From: the human T2T-CHM13v2.0 reference genome, Homo sapiens
Assembly (NCBI RefSeq): GCF_009914755.1
Contig: NC_060928.1
Strand: one strand, 5' to 3'
DNA: 64,000 nt
In this document: positions 28,766 through 44,996 of the stretch, piece after piece
Position numbering within the stretch: the stretch's first letter is position 1
Layout: each line of letters begins with the position of its first letter
Translations under genes and position numbers: made by a program
The notes under the pieces: model-generated
Database searches by the model: none
What the model was told of the DNA's origin: nothing
Seen by the model: the letters and a program-made list of their open reading frames with translations, nothing else

Positions 28766-30034
28766 ACTAGAAGGCGTCATGTTAAGCAAGTGGTAAAGTT
28801 GTTAATCTCTTGAAAAAATGGATCTGGACTCTTGTTTGGAAGAAAGACCATCTTGCCTCAGCACTGAGATGACTGCAGGAGGACCTAGAGACAAGTTTGA
28901 ATTTTCCTAAAAAGGCAGTTGGGTCAGCCTCGGCATGTGGTCGAGCTTTATGTGCACAGTTCCACATCATAACGCATGAAGGATATGACTTTGACATGAA
29001 AAGTGTTCAAAGATGCTGTTCCTGATGATTTTTCACAACTACAAGAAAACCTTAAAAATATTTCAGTGGATTTTATTTTATGGGGTCTCTGAGGAACCTA
29101 CTAAGGTGAATTAAGTACTAGATATAGCAATGTCACAAATTGATTTGAACAAATTTAATTTTGGGAAATGCAGCCAAAATAATAATTTTAGTTTAGAATG
29201 GTTAATTTAGAATGGTTCTTTTTGACAGTCATTAAATACCAGAATAAATTATGTGAAAGATGTCACTCCAATTTTGTGATTGTTCTCATAATAATAACTG
29301 CCACGTCTACCATCACTACAATAAGAATAGGTAATGCTCACTGAGTTTTGTTCTGAATGCTTGATAAGAAATAGCTTAGTTAAGCCTCATAACAACCCTA
29401 TGAGGTAGATATAATTATTAACTCCATTTTATAGATGAAATGTAGAGAAGTGAGTAATGCACCCAAGGGCATTCAGCTGGTAAATGGCTGGCTCACTGCA
29501 CTAGTCTGTCTCTACATATATAGTGGATCAGATAAAGATATACATGCCCCTCTTCTTCACTGTGGGGGAGCATGAAACCAGTTCATATGCAAGTACTTTT
29601 AAATCATTAAAAGCAGAACTTAAAAATAATTGGGGCAGGAATTCAGAAGAAGCATAATATTGCTTGCTTAGTTATGAGGAGACCATTCCCGACCACCCTA
29701 ATTCTTGCAGTGGGACAAATGTAAAAAGACTGGATGTCTCTATTGAGCTCCTGTAGTTTGGTTCATAGTTGGTTTCAGTCCCCAGGGCCAAAAGCTAGTT
29801 AAAGTTTGGAAAGGGTCAGTCTCATGACATTGTTCTTGATACGTTTCCTCACAAGGTAATGCATAGTGTTTGTATTACTGATAGTAGGGTGGTTTTGGGT
29901 AAAGCCGACTTGCTCCTTAAACTGAATATTAGACTGAGGATTCTAGAATTCTTTTTTTTTTTTTTTTACAAAACAAAAAATTGGCATAAAGTTTTGAAAG
30001 CATAGATAAGTAGTTGAGAAGTAGCTCTGAGAAG

Positions 30035-30235
30035 CATATGTGTCAAGCGTTGCATGCTGGAATCAGATTGACCTGGTTCAGATGCATGCCCTTGAACCAG
30101 TTAACTAACTTCTTTAAGTCTCAGTTTCTTTATCTGAAAAATGGTGGTAATACTGTCTGACTCATGGAACTGTTGTGATGATTAAATGAGATAATCAATA
30201 TAAAGTGCTTAGCCTAATGACTGACATATAAACTT
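30035..30235 (+). mobile_element. MIR
   Basis: gttaactaacttctttaagtctcagtttctttatctgaaaaatgg...gattaaatgagataat...aaagtgcttagc. Confidence 0.7.
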
Positions 30236-30245
30236 AAAGTAAATA

Positions 30246-30672
30246 CAGTTGAAACTTGAACAACATGGGAGTTAGGGGCACTGACCTAACACCGTCAAAT
30301 CTGTGTGTAACTGTTGACTCCTCAGAACTTAACTACTAATAGCCTACTGTTGACCAATAGCATAAACAGTTAATGAACACATTTTATATGTGTATTATAT
30401 ACTGTATTCATATAATAAAGTTAGAGAAAATAAAATGTTATTAAAATGTCATTAAGAGAATCGTAATGAAGAAAGAATATATTTACTACTTATTAAGTGG
30501 AAGTGGATCATCACAAAGGTTTTCACTGTCGTCATCTTGACATTGAGTAGGCTGAGGAGGAGGAAGAAGAAGAGCGGATGGTCTTGCTGTCTCAGGGGTG
30601 ACAGAGGAAGAAGAAAATTTGCATGTAAGTGGACCCATGCAGTTCAAACCTGTGTTGTTCAGTGGCCAACTG
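30246..30672 (-). mobile_element. Tigger2a-like non-autonomous TcMar DNA transposon
   Basis: TIRs cagttgaaacttgaacaacatggg / cctgtgttgttcagtggccaactg, TA on both sides, 427 bp. Confidence 0.88.
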
Positions 30673-33038
30673 TATGTGCCATATGAGATTTCCCATTAAA
30701 AATGGTATAAACTAGGTACTGAGTTCATTCAGATAGAATTAAACATGAAGAAATAAAACAAATAGTTTGACAAGCAGTGGGGGTCACTAAACACAACATT
30801 CCTAAGTAATTCAGTTGTCAGAAGTGCAGTTCCCAAATGCAGTTAGTATCTTTAGAGGAGTTAGAAGTTCTGATTATCAGGCTCTGTAGAATTTTTTTTC
30901 ATCCTGAGAGAGATGAGGGTGATCCCATGATAGAGCAGAGAAAACACTCAAGAGGTGGAGTTCTAGCCTAGCTGTGCCTTTTACTAGCTCTTTGACTTTT
31001 GGACACTTCGTTTAATGTTTGGGGCTTCAAGTTACTGAGCAGTGGAATGAAGAGTCAGTGTGGATAATCTCTACATTTCCTACCAGCTCTCATATTCTTT
31101 TATTCTAAATTAGTTTAGGTCATAAAAAACTAGATAAATTAGTCAGTGAAAAAAGTTGCCAGACCTTCTCCAAATAGTCTCAAACAAAACAGAGAGGAAA
31201 TAAATGCAAAATAAAACAAAAACTCAAAAGTAGTTTGCTGAAGATTCTGTTTTTTTTTCTAAAATGTCCATTTGAGGCCAAATGACCCCTTCTTGTCTTT
31301 CATTGATTCCTTTGGAGAAATGTCCTCAGCTCATTCATAGGCCTAGGATGTTTTGCTTCCTTCCTTGATTGAAAAAGTTTCTTTAAAAAATTCTTTCACT
31401 GCCACAGCAGGAGTGAACCCAAAGGACTCAGGCACAGGAAATGTCTTTGCTTTAATTGTTGCCAGTGCCAGTACAGCCCTTTTCCAAGTTGCCCTGAGCT
31501 GTCAGCAGAGTGAAACTATGAATGAATCAAATGAATAGGGAAGATAAGTCTAAATAGCAGAACACATTTTTTTTTCCCTCCAAAAGAACAACTTTGTCTT
31601 GAGCAAAGGATCATTTAAACTGAAGATGCAGTTGGCATGGTGCCTTGGAAAGGCTTGTCACTTTCTTTCTACAATACTTCCTGAAAAGTTTTCCTTTCAT
31701 TTGAGACTTGTTCAAACTGGTTATCATAATTTACCTTAAAATATTGGTGACAGGGGGTGATGGTTAAACGTAGGATAGATTCTATAACTGGTTCTTTGCC
31801 TTTCAAGGTTTCAAGGTAGTAAGGTTTTCCTCAGAAAAGGAGCTCTTTTTTCTTTGATAGTACTTTGAGAATAGTAGTATCTTTTAGCAGGCAGACACAT
31901 CACAAATTACCTATTTAAACCTCCACATTTAACAGGTGAGGCAACTGAGGACAAGTGATTTGGCCAAGGTGGCACAAACAGTTAACTTAGGCCTTCGGCC
32001 CTCAAGCAAATGTTTTCAGTACCACACCACATTTCCTTCCTATATTGGGCTGCGGCTTCCTAGTTCTTACATAATAACTCAAACTTACTGCATCAGTAAC
32101 CATTTCCCACCAACATTAGAACTTTAGAAGAGTAGAAAGATTTTTCCATCTTTCTGAAGGCATGCTTCTAAATGAAGTTGAAGCTGGTGATTTACCTCTG
32201 TTAAATCCACGAGATGTGGCTGCCAGGCTCTCCTGAAACGAATGAACATGAGAATAACAAAGTGTAAACATTCATGACTGAACTGCAGTTTCCAAGACAA
32301 TTAGCAAGCCAGATCCAAGTGCAGATTGAGGACCCAAAGAAGGGGAGACAGTATGGCAGTCATTCTGGAGTAATCCTGCAGCACTACAAACTGGCATAAT
32401 ACAGCCTTTTTAATTTTGAGAAACTTTTTATTTTAAAAAGATTATAGATTTGTAGGAAGTTGTGAGAGATAGTACAGAAAGGTCTCATGTATCCTTCAGT
32501 CCATTTCCCCAATGGTTATATCTTATATAATTAGAGTGTAATATCAAAACCAGGAAACTGACATTGGTACGATGTGTGACATCGTATGATGTGTGACATT
32601 GGTGCGATGTAGTTACATATAATTTTGTCATGTATACATTCATGTAACTACTACCACAATCAAGACACAGAAGAGCTCCATCACTACAGAGATCTTCGTT
32701 GGGCTATCTCTTTATAGTTACACCCCCTCCTTTCACACCATCCCTATCCCTGGCAACTACCAATCTGTTTTCCATCTTTGTAATTTTGTCATTTCATGAA
32801 TGCTATATAAATGAAATCATATGGTATGTGAATCTGCTTTTTTTTTTTTTAGATCTTCTTCTTTTTTTTTCCCACTAGCATAGTGCCCTTAGTTCCATCT
32901 AAGTTGTTGCAAATCGTTCATTATTTTTGTTGCTGAGCAGTATTCTGTGGTATGGATGCACCACAGTTTGTTTAACCGTTTACATATTAAGAGGCATCTT
33001 GGTTGTTTCTGGTTCCAGGCTTTTGAAATAAAGCTGCT

Positions 33039-33355
33039 GGCCAGGTGTGGTGGCTCACGCTTGTAGTCCCAGCACTTTGAGAGGTGGAGGTAGGTGGATC
33101 CCTTGAGCCCAGGAGTTCGAGACCAGCCTGGGCAATATGGCAAAACCTTGTCTCTACAAAAAAGACAAGAATAAGCCAGGTGTGGTGGTGCACACCTGTG
33201 GTCCCAGCTACTTGGGAGGCTGAGGTGGGACACTTGAGCCCAGGAGGTCGAGTCTGTAGTGAGCCAAGATTGTGCCACTGCACTCCAGCCTGGGTAACAG
33301 AATGAGACCCTGTCTCAAACAAAAAACAAAAAACAAAACAAAACAACCCCAAAAC
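33039..33355 (+). mobile_element. AluJ with (CAAAA)n tail
   Basis: ttgagcccaggagttcgagacc diagnostic; TSD aaataaagctgct at 33026-33038 and 33356-33368. Confidence 0.95.
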
Positions 33356-33756
33356 AAATAAAGCTGCTATGAACAATTGTGCACACGCTTTTGAATGGAC
33401 ATTAGTTTTCATTTCTCTGGGATAAGTGCCCAGTAGTACAATTGCTTGGTCGTGTGGTGAATGGGTGTTTTATTTTTAAAGAAACTACCAAACTGTTTTT
33501 CAGAGTGCTTGTATCATTTTGCTTTCTACTGACAGTGTATGAGTGATCTGATTTCTCTCTACTCTCACCAGCATTTAGAATTATCATTATTTTTTTATTT
33601 TAGCTGTTCTGATAGTTGTATAGTGATAATCTTGTAGTCCTAACTTGCATCTATTTCCCTAATGGCTAGTGGTGTTGAGTATCTTTTTTGCCATCTGTGT
33701 ATCCTCTTTGGTGAAATGTCTCTTTATATCTTGTGCCCATTTCCTACTGGCTTGGC

Positions 33757-33975
33757 TTCCCTTCCCTTCCCTTCCTTTTCCTTCCCTTTTCCTTCCTTCC
33801 TTCCTTCTCTTTTTCTTTCTTTCTCTTTCTCTTTTTCTTTCCTTCCTTCCTTCCTTCCTTCTTTCTTTCTCTCTCTCTCCTTCCTTCCTTCCTTCCTTCC
33901 TCTCTCTCTCATTCACTTCTCTCTCCTTCTTTCTCTGTTTTTCTTTCTCTTTTTCTCTCGCTCTGTCTTTTTCTG
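33757..33975. repeat. (CCTT)n/(CT)n polypyrimidine microsatellite
   Basis: ~220 nt nearly pure C/T. Confidence 0.92.
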
Positions 33976-35997
33976 TTGAGTTTTCAGAGTTCTGTATATA
34001 TTGTAAATATGAATTCTTTGTTAGATATGTGATTTGCAAATATTTTCTGCCAGCCTGTAGCTTGTCTTTTTTCTGCTTCATTGAGGTATAGTTAACAAAT
34101 AAAACTATATAAATTTAAGGTGTACAATGTAATGATTTTATATACATATATGTTGATAAAGGATTACTGCAATCAAGTTACTTAACACAGCTACCACCTC
34201 ACCTAGTTACTGTTGTTTTCTTCAGTGAGAACATTTAAGACCTACTTGTAGCAAATTTCAAGCATACCGTATGATATTGTTAACTATAGTCACCATACTT
34301 TATGTTACATCCCAGAATTTATTCATCTTATAACTGAAAGTTTGTATCCTTGGACCAACATCTCCCCATTCTCCCAACCTCCCAGCCCCTGGTAACTGCC
34401 CTTTTACTCTCCGTTTCTATGGGTTTGACTTTTTTTTTTTAATTACACATAAAAGTGAGTTATACAGTCTTTGTCTTTCTCTTTCTTACTTATTTCACTT
34501 AGCACAACGTCCTCAAAGTTTATTCATGTTGTCACTAGTAGCAGGATTTTCTTCTTTTTTATGTCTGAATAATATTCCATTGTATATATATCACAGTCTA
34601 TCCATTCATCTCTGGATGGACACTTTGGTCATTTCGTGTCTTAGATATTGTGAATAATGCTGTGGTGAATATGTGAGTGCCAATATCCCTTTGAGAAACT
34701 GATTTAGTTTCTTTTGGATGTATCCCAGTAGCCCAGAAGTGGGATTGCTGGATCCTATGGTACTTCTGTTTTAAATTCTTTGAGGACATTCCATACTGTT
34801 TTCCATAATGGCTGTACCAGTTTACATTTCTGCCACCAATGTCTAAGGGTTCCCTTTGCTTCATATCAACACCCACCTCTTGTCTTTTTCATAATAGTTA
34901 TCCTAACAGGTATGATGTGACAGATGTCTTATTGTGGTTTTAATTTGCATTTCCCTGATGATTAGTGATGCTGAAGTCTTTTCTTGTACCTATTGGTCAT
35001 TTATTTATATGTCTTCTTTGGGAAAATGTCTAATTAGGTCCTTTGTCCATTTAAAAAATGAGATTGTCATTATTATTATTGTTATTACTATTTTTGCTGT
35101 TGAGTTGTATGAGTTCCTAATATGTTTTGGACATTAATCCCTTATCAGATATATGGCTTGAAAATATTTTCTCCCATTCCATAGGTTGCTTTTCATTTTT
35201 TTCCAGCTTTATTGAGGTATAATTGACAAATAAAAGCTGTACAAATTTATGGTATACAGTGTGATATTTTGATTAATGTATATACCGTGAAATAATTACC
35301 ATAATCAAGCTAATTTACATATTCATCACTCATGTAGTTATCATTTTTTGTGTGATGAGAACACTTAAGATCTATTCTTTTAGGAATTTTCAAGTATACA
35401 ATAAATTATTATTAACTATAGTCACCTTGCTGTACGATAGATCTCCAGAACTTACTCATCCTGTCTAATTGAAATTTTGTACCCTTTGAGCAACACCTCC
35501 CATTCTTCCCACCCATCCCACCAGCCCTTGGCAGCTGCCATTCTGCTCTCTGCCTCTGTTGAGTATGACATTTTTTTTTCTTTAAGATTCCACATATAAG
35601 TGAGATCAAGGAATATTTGTCTTTGTGCCTGGCTTATTCCACTAAACATAATATCCTCCATGTTCATCTGTGTTGTCGCAAATGACAGGATTTCCTGTTT
35701 TTCAAAGGCTGAATAATATTCCATTGGATATTATATATCTATGTATGTATATATACATATATCCGTATATGTATGTATTATATATTTTATCCATTTATAC
35801 TTGTGTTGATTCCATATGTTGGCTATTGGTGAATAATGTTGCATTGAATATGTGAGTGCAGATATTAATATTTCCTTAAGATAGTAATTTTGTTTCCTTT
35901 GGATGTATACCCAGAAATGGGATTTCTTGATCACATGGTAGTTCTACAGCTGATTTTTTGAGGAACTTCCATTCTGTGTTCTATAATGGCTGTCTAA

Positions 35998-36366
<369 letters not shown>

Positions 36367-38569
36367 AATCTTTTGTCTTTTGGTAATAACCATTCTAACA
36401 GGTGTGAGGTAATGTCTTATATTGCATTTCCCTGATGTTTAGTGATGTTGAACATTTTCAGATATCTGTTGGTTATTTGTATGTCTTCTTTTGAGAAATA
36501 TCTATTCAAGTTCTTTGACCATTTTTTCTTTGGCTATTGAGTTGCATGAATTCCTTATATATTTTAGTTCTTAACCCCGTATTAGATATATGGTTTATGA
36601 ATATTTTCTTTCATTTCATAGGTTGCTTATTTTGCTAATTGTTTCCTTTGCTGTGCAAAAACTTTTCAGTTTGTTGTAGTCCCATGTATTTATTTTTGCT
36701 TTTGTTGCTTGTGCTTTTGGTATTATAGCCAAAAAGTTATTGCCAAGATTAATATCATGGAGTTTTTGTTTTCATCTAGGAGTTTTATGGTTTCAGGGCT
36801 TAGATTTGTCTTTAAACTATTTCAAGTTAATCTTGTGAGTGGTATAAAATAGGGGTCCAATTTCATTCTTTTTCCCAGCCTGTAGCTTATCTGTACATTC
36901 TCTTAAAGTGTCTTTCACAGAGCAGAAGTTTTAAGTTTTGGTGAAGTCTAGTTTATTGATTTTTTTCTTTTATGGATCATACTTTTTGTGTCATGTCTCA
37001 AAACCCTTTACTAAGACCTAGTCCTGAAGATTTTTTTCTCTGTTATCTTTTAAAAGATTTTTTAGTTTTACATTTAACTCTATAATCTCTTTCAAGTTAA
37101 TTTTTGTATTAGGTGTGAGGTTTAGGTCAAGGTTTATTTTTAACATTTATTTTTCACCTAAATATGAAAATATCTATATGAAAGTGCACAAGTAATAAGT
37201 TCTCATAAAGTTATTATGTTGCCCACTTTTTTTTAGATAATGTCTGCTACAGGAAGTGGTCACTGCAAAGAAATAAAAAGGAGAGAATTAATATATATTT
37301 GATACTTTTTTTGAGCAGCTGAATCTTTACATAAGTGAGAGTTAGGAGATTTCAGGCAGAGCAGGTATCCAAGAGGTAGCTCTCTCACCCCAAATTTTGT
37401 TTCCTGACTTGCGTTTGCATGCTGTGTACTTAACTTTGAGTTAGACAATGGATGCTCATCACAAAGCAGATGCTAGACGTTGTGTTTAGCACTGAATATC
37501 CTGCAGTGGGCCTGGAGTCACATTCAACGCTCTGCTTAAGGGCTGCAAATTGGGGTCTGAGTCCAACTTTGTATTTAATACAATGCTGAACAATGATTAG
37601 GCAACAAGAGTACGTTTGGTTTTGACGGAAAGCATAATAATATAAAAGAACACTAGGATATATGTCAGGAGGCCTGGGATCTAATGCCACATGTGCATTA
37701 AGTGAGTTTATGTCTTTCTGCAACTTGGGAAACTAGTATGAGCCCCGGTTTTCTCCTGTGTAAAAACAAGGGGCCTTGACCCTAGGCAGTCTCTGAAATC
37801 TCTTCTAGGTTTAAATTACATGGTTCTAAGAAATTTTTAAAATAAAATGGACTCTGGTTTGATCTTCATTTTCTCTTGCTAATTAGAATATAAAACCTTG
37901 ATATGAGAAGTGATAATTGAAGTTTAATATTGCATTTAAGTGTAACGTGTTAGGGAAATTCTCCCTTTGGAATACATAACACAACATGTATTATATTAAG
38001 TGTTTAAATATTTCTAATGCTACAGTGGGTTATTGGCAGATTCTTCCTCCTTCAAAATAATTTGAGAGATTATAATGCCACACTAAATATAGTGATACGT
38101 TAGTATTGCCAATGAAATGTGAACTGTGGATTTGTCTTGAACAATACGTAGCACTGGTGACTGAGGCAAGGGTCATTTGATCTCTTTTTTCTCTTTCTTT
38201 TTTTTTTTTTTGGTTTCCCTTTAATTTTCTGAATGAGATGACTATATGATACAAGTTATTTCTTTCTTACATTTATTTGGGTGACCTCAGTTTTTGTTCA
38301 TGCATACAAGTTCTGAAAAAGAACATTTACTTCTTTTTAGTGAACCCTGTTAAAAAAAACCTTGAGAAGTTTGGCTTGAGATTTGAGCAGAAAATAAATT
38401 AAAAAATGATCTGAGTTCTTAGGAAAGAAAAAGTAGCCATGGCTTTGGTAAAATTAAAAGTAGGCCCTGTGAAAAGCCAGAAAATAATTCATTTGGCCAT
38501 TGCAGTATAGTTTATGGCAAGTGGACAGGCAACTAACTGAGTTAGGAAAAAGGGCATCCCTAAAGATGA

Positions 38570-38857
38570 TTTTTTTTTTTTTTGAGATGGAGTTTTGCTC
38601 TTGTTGCCCAGGCTGGAGTGCAATCTCAGCTCACTGCAACCTCTGCCTCCTGGGTTCAAGTGATACTTCTGCTTCAGCCTCCTGAGTAGCTGGGATTACA
38701 GGCATGCTCCACCATGCCCGGCTAATTTTGTATTTTTAGTAGAGATGGGGTTTCTCCGTGTTGGTCAGGCTGGTCACGAACACCTGATATCAGGTGATCC
38801 GCCCACCTCGGCCTCCCAAAGTGCTGGGATTACAGGCATGAGCCACGGCACCCAGCT
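38570..38857 (-). mobile_element. AluS
   Basis: Reverse dimeric Alu with T tail; short deletion at gagtgcaatctcagc. Confidence 0.93.
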
Positions 38858-38858
38858 G

Positions 38859-39213
<355 letters not shown>

Positions 39214-42159
39214 TGACTGGATTTTTCCGCAACGATAAAGGGACTATTACATTGAGAGCTGAGGTCTGAAAATGCTGAATAGACTTGGTTAGTAAATTTG
39301 ATGAGTGAAATTTTATTATGAAAATACCTGCCAAGTGTTCTGTCATGCATTTCCAAAAAGGTATGCTACTCTTCATCTTTTATGATCACCCAAAACTGTG
39401 ATCAGTGTAGCAACAATGACCAGAATTCTGCTGATTTGTTTTATATTTTGGAACATCATTGAAACCTTCATTCCGCTATCTCCCTCCTCCCATGATCCTC
39501 ATTTCTCTTTCATTGCCTTTTGAAGCATTTGAATGAAAAGCTGAATTCCATCTTTGTGTGCTCTTTCATGGCAATGTTTTTAGGAGTAGGAGGAGAATCT
39601 AGGTACAGAGTGTCTGCAATAGCTGAGATGTGGGCATTCCTGACATTTGACCCACGGGGAGCTTCTCTTTCTTGTTGTCAGAGTCACACAGGGTTGCACT
39701 AGGTTTGCCTCAGTTGCTTTGAATATCTTGATTTTTGTGGGTGGGAAGCCAACAGAATCTTGGCAGGATAGGGTGTGAAGGCCACTCTTCTCTAATATGT
39801 GCCAGGTCCATAGCCTCGTTACCCCAGTTTCCAGAGAAGAAAATGTTAGGCTGTCAGGGGAGTGGTTTTTGAGTCAACATTATTTCTATATCTCCACTTT
39901 CTTTCCTTAAGAGTAATTGCACTAGATCATCAGATTGTATCCATTAAGCATGTATTGCTATTTACAGAAATGGGAGACCAAATCAGATTGTGTATGAAAC
40001 TTTGATTACTTTTCCTCTACAACATTTCCGCTGGTTTTGCATGTGTTCCAGAGCCTAGGGAACTTCCCTGCAGAGTTCAATGTAAGCTGATCCCAGGCTG
40101 GTCCATGGTGTCATCCTTTCAGACCCAAGTGCTTGATGAGCTTTTTATAGTCCTCCTGCTGCAGATGCCTCCTCCTTTTGCTTCCTTATGCTAAATGAGG
40201 AGAGTGAACAATCATCTTACAATTTTCTCAGCAGTCAGCTTTCAGGAATAAAGTCATTTTTCCCCCTTTGTCTTGACTTCTAAAGTCTAAACTTCTATGG
40301 GAAACAACCCACGGTGATAAGGGTAGTAAGAGTAATGCTAGGAGTAGTATGATGTCATAGGTAAAAATTAGCCTCTATCAGTTATATTTCCCAGAATGGA
40401 AATAAATGGCTTCTACTTGTAATTTAGACTGGGATCATTTTAGATTTTATACTCTTTGCCAGATTCATTACTACTCCTTTAATGGTAGAAAGACTTGGTT
40501 TCTACTTAAAATGTTTTTCATTGAATTTGAGTATAAAAGGAGTTTAAAGTCCAGCTAATCTCTCTGTCACCAAAACAGAATCCTTGCTGTGATTTTTCTG
40601 ACTGATCATAATTCACACTCCCAGGGCCAGAGAGCCAGTTGCTTTGCATGGTGGTCCGTTCCATGTGTGGATGGTTTTATTTGCTAAAATGCCTTTCATT
40701 ACATTGACTCAGAGTTAGCCTTCCTGAGATTTTGACCCTTTGGTCTTAGTTTTGCTCTTCATAATGCAGTTAATCCTTCTTCCACATAACATCCCTTGAA
40801 AATTAGAATAAATTGTAACATCTCTTAGCTTTGGGTGATGTGATGTTTTTATAAGCTATATTCTATTTATTTATCTTCCTTCAAGTCATTGCTAATAATG
40901 TTAGATAAAACAGTATATTACTTCTTCAAGGTGATCTTGGCTTACCAGTCAACTCTGTTTTTACATCTTTTTGGCTGTTTGCATTTAAACAAGGATGATG
41001 AACTCACCTGTGCACCTTGGTCTTGTAATCATTTTGCTCCGCATTCTTTTCTTTTATATATCTGTATTCTTACATTTTGGGTTCTGCTGATTATTTTGAG
41101 CTTTATGTTGTCCCCTGGTTACCTCTGGTTTCCTGATGTTCCCTGACTTAGACACTTTGGGTAACTACGTGCCCACCTACTTCTCTAACAGACTGGTGCC
41201 CTCAATGGGGAATCTGATTAGGCCGTTATTTAGTCATGGAGTAATATTCCTTAGAGTGAGCTTTCCAACTGGTGTCCTGTAGCAGTAGATTACAGATGTG
41301 CTGAGAAATTGATCTCTGCAGCTCTTGAAGAGCTGGGCAGAGTCTCAGTAGTCTCAGGTGTCAGGTGCCTCAGTGTGACATTCAGATGCCATTATGTGCT
41401 CCATGGTGACCAAAGCCTTAAGCACTGCATCAAGGAATCAACATAGAGCACTGGTAAGTTAGTAGGGCATAGGGTTAGATATTTGCTTAACTCAAGATAA
41501 ATGATGCCGTCATTTAGTCAAAAAAGGAAATAAGGCTTTCTTGGCATAACAAGTTCTTTGTGAACCTATCCTGACTCTCGGTAACCTCTTAGGTTGAAAG
41601 AGGTGATGGTGTGAGTGAGATGGGTGCTGTCAGTGGTGCTCTGTGTGGCGATTACCCCCACTGGCTCACCTGGGGAGACTGAGGGCAAATTGCCTGTATT
41701 GATCACAGTCCTCTCATTCAGTGTCTGTAGCCTCAAAAAGATGGGTGGTAGTATTTCAGTCAAGTTTACTGGGGGCTGGGGCTTGATGAAGCATCAGAAC
41801 CTGGAAGTATGCTGATGTTTAACCCCTGCTTATCTTGCAGGCACAGGCAAGTGGGCAAGTGTTAGGAAAAGTGAAGTCAACATCTGGAGCACTGAGAAAC
41901 CTGACTGTACAATAATAACCAGCTATAAAACAATTCTCAGAAAACAATTCTCATATTACTCTATGAGATGTCATTGAAAAGATGCATTTAAAGGAGAAAT
42001 TAAATATTTTTTTTGAACTTTGGCTACTCTATTTCAAAGTTTGTATTTAGATTAAAATGTCATCTAATCTGTTTGGTACTCTTTTGTTTTCTAGTGAACA
42101 ATTTTTGTGTAGTGACAAGTGTTAGCTATGTTTATTATGACTTTTCATAACAAAACTTT

Positions 42160-42655
<496 letters not shown>

Positions 42656-44639
42656 ATGTAAAGGACCATATGCTTTTGTACTGATCAGCTGGTGGATACT
42701 TAGTTTTGTATTGTCAAAGGGCCATTTGCTTTGGAGACTTAGGATTCTTCCCTAGCATGTGTCTCTTCTTGGGCTGTGTTGAAATACAGAAACAACCAAC
42801 CAAATGGAATTATCACAAGCAGTTTTCTATAACTTTGTGCAAAGTTAGGCCAAACATTACATGTTGTTATGGATTATGAAATTCAGAAAACACTGCCTCC
42901 TATTTGTGTATAGCTATACCATTAAACAGTATTTTCACTTAGTTTGTCTCTGTTGATCTTTATAACAATCTTGTGTGGTTAGTATTTTTATTTCCAGTTT
43001 ATGAATGAGAAACTTTAAGGTTACAAGTAAATGGTAGAAGTGTTACTCTAACCTTTATTGTTACTACTTCGAAATTAGGCAGGTTTTATTATGTGCCAGG
43101 CACTATGTTGTACATTCTGAAATTCATTCTCTCTCTGAATCTTTATAAAACACTGTGAGGTAAATGTTATTATTATTTTTAGAATTATTATGAGTTTTTT
43201 TTTTTTAACTTGGCTCTTGATGAGGCTAAGTAACAGTAACTTCTTGAGGTCATGCCTTTAGTCAATGGCAGAGCCAAGACTTTAGCCAGGTTTGTCTGAC
43301 ACTGGAGTTCATGCTTTCACTCTGGGTATTGTTAAGGCAGATTGCCTGGCCTGATTATAGTCTTCTAATTAGATGTCTGTGTCCTAAGAAGGATGAGTGG
43401 TAGTGTTTCTAGGCAAGTTACCAGTACACATTATACATTATAGCAGGCTGCCAGTATACATTATATAAAGCCATGCTATACAACTCATTCTAGAAAGAAC
43501 AGAAAGCAACAGGGAGATCTAATAGGAAGGAAAGCAGACATTCAAAGTATAAAAATTAAAATGAAATGAAATACAATTGTGCATTTTTAGAAAACTTGAT
43601 AAAAATAGGATTTCACACGCTTCAGAAGTACAAAGAGTGGGAAAGGCATAAGTTGTGATCTGCATACATTCTGATAATGTTAGCCATTCTTCTTGAAGAA
43701 GCAGTAGGATTGGCCTGTGTTTTATAGGCTTTTGAGTGTTGTTTGGTGTTTCGTTTATGGGCTTATTTTTCCATTACTAATACCAGCTGGCATTTGACCT
43801 TTCATGCTCATGCCTTTGGCAGTATAGTCTTTCTAACTTCAATGTACAGTATGGCCTTTGTGTTTTAAATCAGAAATTTATTTTAATCAAATACATCTTG
43901 TAGTGTTGTGCTAGTGCTTTTCCCTCATTGACAGTAAAGTCTCATTGATGCTGTATTTACTCTGGATTTCTTTATGCAATTTCAAAATGAAAAATTTTGA
44001 TTCTGGTGGTTCTGGTTGTAGTCCAGTGATTAGTCTCAACACAAAAGAAATAACAAAATGTTAATTCATTTTCCCCTGAAGCTGACTCTGGACTAGAAGT
44101 CAAAACAAAATATTTTCTATTAACTAATTTCATGAGAATTCAATATGAATAAATGACTTGGCAGTATCTTTTTTTTTAATCCCAAGTTAAGCTTTTCTCA
44201 TGACTTTATATCATCTACTACTGATGGTGATGAAAATTCCCAGGAGTTAATATGTTACCTTATCCTGATATCTTTCAATTGACATCTTGAATGATCAGAA
44301 TGATCTTTCAATCATTTTTAAATCTCTATCCACTGAGATGCATTTATCAGCTGTCCATATTCATTTAGCTTCTAATACTTACCAATTGCATTTTAATATC
44401 ACTTGTTTCTGGTAGTCTAGGGGAGGCTGTGTCAGAAAGGGGTAGCATGCAGAATGGCCTTTCACCTAAATGGATTCTATCTTGCATGGTGACTTACTTG
44501 AAAGCCATGAGTGACGGATCTGGGATATATAAGTTTAGGCCTATATTTTGTAAGTGATTTTCTTTCAGAGAGATTCCCTGAAAATGTCAGAGCACCTGCT
44601 TTTTGATAGAGACAGTCTATGCAGCACTTGATGGTCTAG

Positions 44640-44996
<357 letters not shown>

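Noticed and set aside
32889-33412. Alu-overlapping ORFs (also 5851-6300, 26412-26672, 36016-36350, 44723-44999, 53749-54296, 62634-62974)
   Set aside because: Typical Alu-derived open frames, not genes.
33659-34091. Several 99-140 aa ORFs rich in K/E/R or F/L/S
   Set aside because: Translations of the CCTT/CT microsatellite.
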